Shown here: positions 39,215 through 47,972 of the stretch, one piece after another
Layout of the letters: every line of letters starts with the position of its first letter
Numbering within the stretch: position 1 is the stretch's first letter
Origin: Spirochaetota bacterium
Lineage (GTDB): Bacteria; Spirochaetota; Spirochaetia; SZUA-6
Direction: 5' to 3'
Length of the DNA: 64,000 bases
Assembly (NCBI GenBank): GCA_013151965.1
Contig: JAADHF010000112.1
Location: 29,668-93,667, forward strand
The notes under the pieces: model-generated
Databases searched by the model: none
What the model was told of the DNA's origin: nothing
Seen by the model: only the letters and a program-made list of their open reading frames with translations
Program-made: the position numbers and the translations under genes

Positions 39215-40324
39215 ATGGACTACAGATGTTCTATGTGCGGGAAAAAGTATCCTCTCGATACGGAGCGGTTCAGGTGTAGCTGCGGCGGATTCTTCGAACT
39301 GGAAGTCCGGAATATATTTTCCAAAAAAAGCCTTTCCGGGCGTCTGCATACCATCTGGCGTTACAGAGAAGCTTTTATGCTTCCTGATACAATCGAACCT
39401 GTTTCCCTGGGTGAGGGCCTGACTCCTATTGTAAACAGAACCATCAATGATAAAAAAGTTTTTTTAAAAATGGATTATATGCAGCCGACAGGCTCTTTTA
39501 AAGACCGGGGAGCAAGTGTTTTAATTTCACTTGTTAAGTATCTCGGCATAAAGAGCGTAGTCGAGGATTCCTCCGGAAATGCAGGTGCGGCGGTTTCCGC
39601 CTATGCAGCTTCCGCAGGCATATCATGTACCGTATACGTCCCCGGTTATACACCGGAAGGCAAATTATCACAGGCTATTCTGTACGGATCAAAAGTCGTA
39701 AAGGTTCAGGGCAAAAGGCAGGATGCAAATGATGCGGCCATGGATGCTTCTAAGAGTTCTTACTATGCCAGCCATCTATGGAGTCCCTTTTTCCCTATAG
39801 GGCTTCAGTCATCCGCATTTGAGATATGGGAATTCTTTAACTATAATATCCCTGATACTATCATTGTACCTGCAGGTTCGGGAGGAAATATAGAAGGGAT
39901 ATACACAGGCTTTAAAACTCTTGTTAAAGCCGGGTATTCTGATAAAATACCTCGGATCATCGGGGTCCAGGCGGAAAAATGTTCACCCCTACATACCGCA
40001 TTTCAGAAGGGACTGGATGATTACGCAAGAATCGATGCCGGCATTACCGTAGCGGAAGGTATTGCAGTCCAGTGCCCCCCGAGGGCAAAAGCGGTTTTAC
40101 ATGCAATAAGAGACAGCGGAGGCAAAACGGTAAGTGTAACAGACAATGAGATACTGGAATCCTTAAAGAAGCTTTTCGGCATGGGTATATACGTGGAGCC
40201 GACTTCAGCCTCCGTACTGGCAGGCTGGGAAAAACTTACACAGGCTGAACAGGATGATGCGGTTTTGATACTGACAGGCAGCGGGCTTAAAGAGACAACA
40301 AAGCTCGTTGAGCTTTTTATATAA
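39215..40324 (+). CDS. Threonine-synthase-like PLP fold-type II enzyme with an N-terminal Cys4 zinc ribbon (archaeal-type short ThrC-like)
   Basis: CSMCGKKY...CSCGG is the zinc ribbon. The PLP lysine context is TGSFKDRG, and the glycine loop is GSGGN. Confidence 0.7.
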   Translation: MDYRCSMCGKKYPLDTERFRCSCGGFFELEVRNIFSKKSLSGRLHTIWRYREAFMLPDTIEPVSLGEGLTPIVNRTINDKKVFLKMDYMQPTGSFKDRGASVLISLVKYLGIKSVVEDSSGNAGAAVSAYAASAGISCTVYVPGYTPEGKLSQAILYGSKVVKVQGKRQDANDAAMDASKSSYYASHLWSPFFPIGLQSSAFEIWEFFNYNIPDTIIVPAGSGGNIEGIYTGFKTLVKAGYSDKIPRIIGVQAEKCSPLHTAFQKGLDDYARIDAGITVAEGIAVQCPPRAKAVLHAIRDSGGKTVSVTDNEILESLKKLFGMGIYVEPTSASVLAGWEKLTQAEQDDAVLILTGSGLKETTKLVELFI

Positions 40325-40408
40325 AACTGCTTTACATACAATTCGTTAATCTGCTTTAAATATTCAATCTACAACCCGTATGTATAAGCAAAATCAGGAG
40401 GCATCGGT

Positions 40409-41707
40409 ATGAGTCTTGAGGAACTTAAAAAAAGACGGGGAGTATTTGACTGGTATTTTAAAACCAGTCTGCTTATCAGAATACTCATAGGTCTTATCTT
40501 AGGGGCAGTAATCGGTCTTATTGTGGGACCCGGTATTTCTTGGGTAAAACCATTCGGCGATCTGTTTATACGACTGCTTAAGATGATTGTAATGCCCGTT
40601 GTGTTTTTTACACTCGTTGTCGGTTCTGCAAGCATAAGCCCGGCACGTCTGGGAAGGGTCGGCATAAAAATAATTGTTTACTATCTGTTGACTTCAGCTT
40701 TAGCAGTTGCCATCGGTTTAATTGCAGGCAATATTTTCCACCCGGGTCTCGGTCTTGCACTCGGCGGGGGCAAAGCCGCAGGAAGGGTACTGAAACAACC
40801 AGGCATTATAGATACACTGCTTAATATTGTACCGAAAAATCCCTTCGGAGCTTTAGCTAAGGGTGCCGTACTGCCGACTATTTTCTTTGCTATCTTTTTC
40901 GGAATTGGTCTGTCCTTTCTCATGATCAGCAAAGACAAACGCATCAAAGAGGCTGCAGAATCGGTTTTTAAGTTCTTCGACGGTGCGGCGGAGGTTATGT
41001 ACAAGATTGTCGGATGGGTTCTCCAGTATGCACCCATCGGTGTTTTTGCATTAATAGCCGTAGTCTTCGGAAAACAGGGCGCTAAGGCTTTCGGGCCGCT
41101 CGGCATGGTTACACTCACAGTCTATATAGGACTCGCAGTACAGCTCTTTATTGTTTACGGGGGACTGCTCTCACTCTACAGAATGGGCTTTTTAAAATTC
41201 TTAGGAGGTGCAAAGGATGCAATGCTTACCGCATTTGTGACAAGAAGCAGCAGCGGGACACTTCCCGTTACCATGAGAAATGCGGAAGAGAATCTCGGAA
41301 TTTCACGAAGTATTTTTTCCTTTACGCTTCCGCTTGGTGCTACTATTAACATGGACGGAACTGCAATATATCAGGGTGTCTGTGCACTCTTCGTAGCTTT
41401 TGCAGTAGGTATGAATCTAACCTTTGCACAGCAGCTGACAGTTATCTTAACAGCGGTACTTGCATCGATCGGAACAGCCGGTGTTCCGGGTGCGGGAGCA
41501 ATAATGCTGCTCCTGGTACTAAACTCCGTCGGCCTGCCCGTAGAACCGGGAACTCCTGTCGCCACGGCATACGCAATGATTTTAGGTATCGATGCAATAC
41601 TCGATATGGGAAGAACCAGCCTTAATGTTACAGGAGATCTGACAGGTACATCGATAGTTGCAAAAACAGAAAAAGAACTGGATTTAACAAAGTGGGGGAA
41701 AGAATAA
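40409..41707 (+). CDS. Dicarboxylate/amino acid:cation symporter (DAACS family; GltP/SstT-like)
   Basis: Eight-plus TM helices and the DAACS conserved segments ([19 protein letters not shown]). Confidence 0.8.
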   Translation: MSLEELKKRRGVFDWYFKTSLLIRILIGLILGAVIGLIVGPGISWVKPFGDLFIRLLKMIVMPVVFFTLVVGSASISPARLGRVGIKIIVYYLLTSALAVAIGLIAGNIFHPGLGLALGGGKAAGRVLKQPGIIDTLLNIVPKNPFGALAKGAVLPTIFFAIFFGIGLSFLMISKDKRIKEAAESVFKFFDGAAEVMYKIVGWVLQYAPIGVFALIAVVFGKQGAKAFGPLGMVTLTVYIGLAVQLFIVYGGLLSLYRMGFLKFLGGAKDAMLTAFVTRSSSGTLPVTMRNAEENLGISRSIFSFTLPLGATINMDGTAIYQGVCALFVAFAVGMNLTFAQQLTVILTAVLASIGTAGVPGAGAIMLLLVLNSVGLPVEPGTPVATAYAMILGIDAILDMGRTSLNVTGDLTGTSIVAKTEKELDLTKWGKE

Positions 41708-41765
41708 AAGAAAAATATTTCTTTATGCAGGAGGATCCGGGACAGACCGGATCCTCATTTACATT

Positions 41766-44633
41766 TCAGCCGTCGACTTTTTGTTCACGCTCATGTTTTT
41801 CCATAACCTGCCGGTATACCTTTTCTTTAAAACGATCAAAATCCACAGGTTTGGAAATGTAGTCATCGAAGCCCATTGTCAGATACTTTTCCGCATCACC
41901 CTTTAGCGCATTTGCCGTAAGTGCTATAACATAGAGGCCTTTTAATTTCTCATTTTTTCTTATACCCTCAAGAACCCCGGGACCATCAAGTTTCGGCATC
42001 TGAATGTCGAGAAGTACCAGATCATAATCCTTCTCATTTATCATTTTAAGGGCATTCTCACCATTCTCCGCTACATCGCAGGACAGATGCATCTTATTCA
42101 GAATCCTCTCCATCAGCTGCTGATTAATACGGTTATCCTCGGCAAGAAGAATATTAAAATCCGTTTCCAGGTTGGGAACCATGTTCCGCTCCGTCTTTTC
42201 ATCGAGGTATTTAACAGGTATGCCGGCAATAATACCTTTAAGGCGGAACAGGAGATCTCTGATTTGAGTAATACTGTAGTCATTCTTGTTTATTTCTTCG
42301 TCCATTCTTTTTGAAATCTCATATACCTCATCCATCTTAAGATTACCCGACATACCTTTAAGTTCATGAGCTATAAACCGTATTCCTTTTCTGTCTCTCT
42401 TTAAGACAGCATCTTCGAGTTTTTTTACCTTTAAAGGCAGCTTTTTTACACCCATTAAAAGCACTTCGACTATTTCCTCTTCACCATCGAAGTTATCTAT
42501 CCAGCGCTCCACTACCCCTTCATCTGCAGTTTCTTTTTCTCCGTTTAACAATGCTCCTTCGGTCATAGAATTAAGAGATTCTTTTTTATCATCACCTGCC
42601 GTCGATAATTCATGACTTTCCCCGGAAACGGTTTCTGCAGGTATAGTCAGGGTAAAAGTTGTGCCTTTGCCGTATGTACTTTTTACAGAAATACGTCCGC
42701 CCATGAGCTTTGCAAGTTTTCTGGAAATTGCAAGACCCAGTCCCGTACCTCTCGATGCCGTTTCGGCTGTTCCCATTATCTGCCTGAAAGGAGAGAATAT
42801 AATCTTTTGATCTTCTTTGCGTATCCCGATACCGGTATCTTTTACGGAAATTGACAGCTTCCCTTTTCCGTACCTGGCAATAAGAGTGATACTGCCCTTT
42901 TTAGTAAACTTGAAAGCATTACTTAAAAAATTTATTATAATCTGGCCAAGGCGTACTTCATCACCACGGATTGTTCCGGGAATTGATTTATCGATCTCCG
43001 TAATAAATTCAAGACCCTTTTCCTCCGCTTTTCTTTTGAACATACTCACCATGTGATCCAGAACTTTCATTACCGTAAAGGGCCTGGAGACGATCTCCAT
43101 TTTGTCAGCTTCTATTTTCGAAAAATCAAGAATATCATTTATCAGATTAAGCAGTGTCTCCCCGGATTGTTTGATGATCCTCATGCTATTCTTTTTTTCC
43201 GGATCTTTCTCTTCATCCATCAGGAGATTAATAAAACCGAGAATTGCATTCATCGGAGTTCGAATTTCATGAGACATATTGGCAAGAAAAACGCTTTTTA
43301 ATTGATTGGCCTTTTCCGCTTCTTCCTTTGCCTTTTTTAGTTTCTTCTCCATTTCTTTCTGCTGCGTTATATCGTCCTTCACCGCAACGTAATTAATTAT
43401 CTGTCCTTCACTATTCATAACCGGTGTAATAACCGCACTTTCCCAGTAGAGACTTCCATCCTTCTTTCTGTTGATAAACTCACCCTTCCACGTTTTCCCC
43501 TCCCGAATGGTTTTTTTAAGATCATGGTATGTTTCCTCCGAAGTAAAGCCGGAACTGAAGAGACGGGGAGTTTCCCCCATAGCCTCACTTATCCGGTAGC
43601 CGGAGATATGTTCCATTGCCTTATTTGCAAAGATTATTTTCTCATCCACATCTGTAATAACTATCGTACTTTTACTCTGTTCGACAGCCTGCAGAAGTCT
43701 TAGAATCTCTCTGTCCGCTTCTTTTAATTTTGTTATGTCCGTTCCATAGAAATAAACGGCATCACCGAATCCGGTTTTAATTGCGGTAAACATGATTATG
43801 GCATTAGATCCTGTAACCTCAAATTGGAAAGATTCACCTGACAGCATCTTCTCTATATCACCTTTCAGGTGTATCCGGGCAAGCGAATCTATACTTTTTC
43901 CGATAGGATCTTCACCGAAAAACGAACAGGCAACAGGATTACAGAATGTTACTGTACCCCGGGAATCCGTGCGTAATAGTATAGCCGGATTAGCCTGAAA
44001 AAAACGTGATTCTTCGCTCAGTTTCCCCGCAATAATTTTTTCTTTTGATATATCCCGGACTAAAGCCATCGATCCTGAGAAATTTCCGGATTTACCGGTA
44101 ATAACGGAAGGCGTAATTGCCAATACTATTTCTTCTCCGTCCTTTTTTTGTACGGTCAGCTCATACGGCAGAGATGTTCCCGTTCTTCCCTCTTTATTCT
44201 GTTCATGTATAACGGAGAAATCACTAAAACGCCTTCCTATCAGTTCCTCACTGCTGTACCCTGTAATATCACAGAGGCTGTCATTTACAAATATTATAAC
44301 ACCATTGCTGTCCGCTATGATTACACCTTCGTTCATCGTTTCTATTAAATCTTTATAACGTATTCCGTTTCTAAAAAACATTTCACCATCCGGTTTGTTT
44401 TTAATCTTAATCGATATAAGAATAATACCTGCCGTCAGGATGAGAAGAGCGGCAATAATTGATATTAACAGCCATTCACCGTTAAAAAGAATGATAAAAA
44501 CAATAAGAACAAGCAATGAGACAATCAGTACAGCCGATTTTTTTATCAGGGGAAACATTTCTTTTAAATTATCGCCATCTTTCAAGTTTAATTTCATTAT
44601 TATAATAGTAACAACGATATTGCCTGATTTCAA
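41766..44633 (-). CDS. Hybrid sensor histidine kinase: TM, three PAS domains, HisKA, HATPase, HPt, REC
   Basis: The H-box is SHEIRTPMNAILGF, the HPt motif is HELKGMSGNL, and the C-terminal REC has LLAEDN...DIQMP. The start codon is uncertain because there are several N-terminal Ms. Confidence 0.85.
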   Translation of the reverse strand: MKSGNIVVTIIIMKLNLKDGDNLKEMFPLIKKSAVLIVSLLVLIVFIILFNGEWLLISIIAALLILTAGIILISIKIKNKPDGEMFFRNGIRYKDLIETMNEGVIIADSNGVIIFVNDSLCDITGYSSEELIGRRFSDFSVIHEQNKEGRTGTSLPYELTVQKKDGEEIVLAITPSVITGKSGNFSGSMALVRDISKEKIIAGKLSEESRFFQANPAILLRTDSRGTVTFCNPVACSFFGEDPIGKSIDSLARIHLKGDIEKMLSGESFQFEVTGSNAIIMFTAIKTGFGDAVYFYGTDITKLKEADREILRLLQAVEQSKSTIVITDVDEKIIFANKAMEHISGYRISEAMGETPRLFSSGFTSEETYHDLKKTIREGKTWKGEFINRKKDGSLYWESAVITPVMNSEGQIINYVAVKDDITQQKEMEKKLKKAKEEAEKANQLKSVFLANMSHEIRTPMNAILGFINLLMDEEKDPEKKNSMRIIKQSGETLLNLINDILDFSKIEADKMEIVSRPFTVMKVLDHMVSMFKRKAEEKGLEFITEIDKSIPGTIRGDEVRLGQIIINFLSNAFKFTKKGSITLIARYGKGKLSISVKDTGIGIRKEDQKIIFSPFRQIMGTAETASRGTGLGLAISRKLAKLMGGRISVKSTYGKGTTFTLTIPAETVSGESHELSTAGDDKKESLNSMTEGALLNGEKETADEGVVERWIDNFDGEEEIVEVLLMGVKKLPLKVKKLEDAVLKRDRKGIRFIAHELKGMSGNLKMDEVYEISKRMDEEINKNDYSITQIRDLLFRLKGIIAGIPVKYLDEKTERNMVPNLETDFNILLAEDNRINQQLMERILNKMHLSCDVAENGENALKMINEKDYDLVLLDIQMPKLDGPGVLEGIRKNEKLKGLYVIALTANALKGDAEKYLTMGFDDYISKPVDFDRFKEKVYRQVMEKHEREQKVDG

Positions 44634-44761
44634 TTTAAAGTAATATTATTTTTAACCGGAATTAATTACCCGTATACAGAGGAGCAGTTCACCATTTTAA
44701 AAAACACATCCATTGTTCCGACTGATTTCTTTATGTTTTATTTCTGCTGCCGAAATAGAGA

Positions 44762-44959
44762 TTAACAACAGCTATACAGGATGTCGTTACGATAAGAAGA
44801 AATGCTATGGCGTTTATCACCGGAGATCAGGAGCGTAAAAATCGTTGTTATAAATGAAAACCGGCCCGGAATAACCAGCCATATCCCCGGGCTTAACATA
44901 TTCATATTCCAGCCTAATTTATTATCGAAAAACGTACCGACAGCATTGGAAAACATCAA
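44762..44959 (-). CDS. Small hypothetical ORF downstream of the GHMP kinase. It may be a gene remnant.
   Basis: 65-aa ORF on the same strand as mvk, 12 nt downstream of its stop. It has no recognisable motif, and its codon usage was not assessed. Confidence 0.2.
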   Translation of the reverse strand: MMFSNAVGTFFDNKLGWNMNMLSPGIWLVIPGRFSFITTIFTLLISGDKRHSISSYRNDILYSCC

Positions 44960-44971
44960 CAGGGAAAAGGG

Positions 44972-45904
44972 TTAATTCCCGATTTGCGCCTTTATCACAT
45001 GAAAACCCCTGTCCTCTATAGCTTTTGCAACCCTGTTCTGCAGATCCTTACCCGGCGTAAGGGCTATCATAAACCCTCCCATTCCGCCTCCTGTTAGTTT
45101 CGCACCCAAAGCGCCTTCCGCAACAGCCAGATCACAGAGGTAGACAAGCTTCTCATGAGAAAGCCCCATATCAATAAGAATTTTATGATTATCCGTTATT
45201 ATACCGCCCGCTTTCTTTAAATCATTTGCAATCAGCGCAGATTTGACCTCCGTAACCTGTTCACTTATTTTCTTTAATCTGGAAGCATGAAGCTCAGGGT
45301 CCTTTCTGTTAAGTTCTTCCACCAGGCCGTCCAGTACGGCAGTATTTGCAGAAATTCCGCTGTTGCCTAACACAACATGTATGGGCTCCCTGACTTTGAT
45401 TTTTTCCACTACTCTTTTACCGTCTTCCAACCGGAAAAGCATTAACCCGCCGTAACACGATGCAGTATTATCCACCCCGCTCGGCGTACCGTGATAGGCG
45501 AATTCTCCCTCCCACGCTATCCGGTTAATCTCATCGATACCCAGGCCCAGCTTAAACTCATCATTCAAAGCCCTTGCAATAGAGACACAGCCTGCAGCAC
45601 TCGCCCCCACACCGCTTCCTGCAAGCAGGCTGCCGCCTAATGTAATCCTTACCGGATTTTTATCAGTATCGATATTCATAACCTTTAATATTCTATTAAT
45701 GGATTCCTTCTGCTGTTCTTCCTTGCTCTTTTTATAACCGGGTACTTCTCTCCTGTTATCTTTTAAAATCCATCCTCTGCCGGAAATTCTTTCCACAACA
45801 GCATCTGTCTTAAAAGAAATCGATGAAACAATAGCGGGCACGCCTTTAAGCACAAACTGATCCCCAATAAGAATCGTCTTACCATATCCGCTTCCTTTTC
45901 CCAT
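44972..45904 (-). CDS. mvk: GHMP kinase, mevalonate-kinase-like
   Basis: Motif 1 is GKTILIGDQFVL, motif 2 is GSGVGASAA, and motif 3 is KLTGGGMGG. Confidence 0.65.
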   Translation of the reverse strand: MGKGSGYGKTILIGDQFVLKGVPAIVSSISFKTDAVVERISGRGWILKDNRREVPGYKKSKEEQQKESINRILKVMNIDTDKNPVRITLGGSLLAGSGVGASAAGCVSIARALNDEFKLGLGIDEINRIAWEGEFAYHGTPSGVDNTASCYGGLMLFRLEDGKRVVEKIKVREPIHVVLGNSGISANTAVLDGLVEELNRKDPELHASRLKKISEQVTEVKSALIANDLKKAGGIITDNHKILIDMGLSHEKLVYLCDLAVAEGALGAKLTGGGMGGFMIALTPGKDLQNRVAKAIEDRGFHVIKAQIGN

Positions 45905-46074
45905 TTTTTTCTCCTTATGCGATTAACATATACAGTTATTAAGCAGAACACAATAAGCGCTGCTCTTAATTATATGTCATAAACTTCAAAAACAGTCAAT
46001 AATAATCATTAAAAGTCAGAAAACAACAGTATCTTTATATTGAAACAGCTATGCATTTTAAGTAGAATATACAC

Positions 46075-46977
46075 ATGAATAATTTTAAGGAACTGTTGGA
46101 ACGGGCCGGGCAGAAGCGCGGATGCATAATCTCTGTTGCACAGGCGGCAGATAAAACAGTCCTGGATGCGGTAAAGCAAGGAACGGAAGCAGGACTCATA
46201 AGTGCAATCCTTGTAGGAAGCAGAGCTGCAATAAAGAAAAAAGCCGAAGAAACGGGGCTTAAACCGGGTTCATATACAATTACGGAACCCGAACCGAACG
46301 AATCACCGGCAGTTACCGCGGTAAGGCTCATTAAAGAAGGCAAAGCTGATATTCTCATGAAAGGCCTTATACCCACCGGAGAACTGCTTAAGGAAGTACT
46401 GCGCAGGGAAAACGGCCTTAATATGGGCAAGACCCTGTCTCATGTTGCTGTTTTTAAGCATCCCGGCTATGACCGCTTTATATTTGTAACAGATGCGGGT
46501 CTTAACATTGCGCCCGATCTCTCACAGAAGAAAGATATTGTTCAGAACGCCATCGACCTTGCTGTAAGCCTCGGGGTTAAAGAACCTGTTGCGGCTGCCG
46601 TTTGTGCAGTGGAGGTCGTTAATCCCGCAATGCCGGCAACAATAGATGCCGCTTCACTTGCGAAGATGAGCGAACGGGGAGTAATAAAAGGCGGCAGGGT
46701 AGAAGGACCTCTTGCTCTGGATAATGCAGTTTCAGTGGAAGCCGCACAGCACAAAGGCATAAAAAGCCCCCTTGCAGGCAGAGCCGATATTCTTCTTGCC
46801 CCGGATATCGAGGCAGGAAATATCCTGTACAAATCGCTGATTTTTTTCACTTCTGCCGAAGCCGCAGGACTAATTGTCGGAGCCCGGGTACCGGTGGTTT
46901 TAACCTCCCGGTCGGATTCCGCAGCAAGCAAACTGTACTCGATCGCCCTCGGTGTACTTTCCGTCAAAGAGAACTAA
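46075..46977 (+). CDS. ptb: Phosphate butyryl/acetyl-transferase family (Ptb-like)
   Basis: 300 aa of the PTA_PTB family (DAGLN, LLAPDIEAGN). Confidence 0.8.
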   Translation: MNNFKELLERAGQKRGCIISVAQAADKTVLDAVKQGTEAGLISAILVGSRAAIKKKAEETGLKPGSYTITEPEPNESPAVTAVRLIKEGKADILMKGLIPTGELLKEVLRRENGLNMGKTLSHVAVFKHPGYDRFIFVTDAGLNIAPDLSQKKDIVQNAIDLAVSLGVKEPVAAAVCAVEVVNPAMPATIDAASLAKMSERGVIKGGRVEGPLALDNAVSVEAAQHKGIKSPLAGRADILLAPDIEAGNILYKSLIFFTSAEAAGLIVGARVPVVLTSRSDSAASKLYSIALGVLSVKEN

Positions 46978-47758
46978 GCTCATATATATCCGTTCTTCTG
47001 TCCTTAAAAAGATCATTTAAATCCGCAATCTTTTTCGAACGTGCATGTTCCGGGTCTATTTCCACGATGCCAAGCCGGTCTTCCGATTCCGGAGCGGAAG
47101 AAAGTATTTTACCGGAGGGAGAAACTATCCGGCTGCATCCGGTATAACGAAGCTTCTTACCTCCCCTGTTCTCCCGGCCGTGCCTGTTTGCAAGCACCCA
47201 GAATATTTTATTCTCGATCGCCCTTACCCTTGTTGTTAATTGACCTAATTCGGGCAGAACAAGGTTGGAAGGATGGCATATAATTTCCGCACCCTTTAAA
47301 GCAAGAGTCCTGGCAGCTTCGGGAAACATGTGGTCGAAACATACAAGGAGCCCGAGTTTTACCCCTCTGTAATCCATAACATCCAATCCGCCGCCTCTTG
47401 TAAAGTATAATTTCTCCCCGTTAAAGAGATGCACCTTCCGGTAAACATACTCCACGCCGTCAGGCGTTATAAAAACGGCGCTGTTATAGACTTTATTCCC
47501 TTTCAGTTCCGCTATTCCGGCAACAATAGCACAACCGCTCTTCCCTGCAGCAGCGGTCAGTCTTTCCGTCGAGGGGCCTGGAACAGGCTCTGCACATGCA
47601 AACAGCTCTTCTCTGCTTGTAAAAAGATACCCGCTTGTCGCAAGCTCCGGTGCAACTATCAGGTCGGCTTCCGCTTCCGCGAGTACGGCTGCCAATTTTT
47701 CCGTATTCTTTTCCGTATTACCAAACTCAGGCGCAAACTGATAGTATCCTATTCTCAT
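46964..47758 (-). CDS. Carbon-nitrogen hydrolase family protein (nitrilase superfamily)
   Basis: The catalytic E-K-C triad context is APELATSGY...RKVHLF...GLLVCFD. The start at 47758 (MRIGYYQF) is preferred because GGAG lies 8 nt upstream. Confidence 0.75.
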   Translation of the reverse strand: MRIGYYQFAPEFGNTEKNTEKLAAVLAEAEADLIVAPELATSGYLFTSREELFACAEPVPGPSTERLTAAAGKSGCAIVAGIAELKGNKVYNSAVFITPDGVEYVYRKVHLFNGEKLYFTRGGGLDVMDYRGVKLGLLVCFDHMFPEAARTLALKGAEIICHPSNLVLPELGQLTTRVRAIENKIFWVLANRHGRENRGGKKLRYTGCSRIVSPSGKILSSAPESEDRLGIVEIDPEHARSKKIADLNDLFKDRRTDIYELSSL

Positions 47759-47972
47759 TCTGTTTCTCCTGCCTGCAATTAGATTTTCCCTTCTTATTAT
47801 CTCCGATTTGTACATACAAGTCCACCCGGAAGGGCTTTTTAAAAGGAACAGACTATCTGTTTATTATCTAAAATTAATCTTGATTTTCTACGTATAAGCG
47901 ATAGTATTTTATATATATGAGCAAATTTATCAGACCGACCCGGTCATTTATCTGAACAGAAGGATAAAGACA

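Noticed and set aside
40681-41118. 145-aa minus-strand ORF
   Set aside because: It is antisense inside the DAACS symporter gene.
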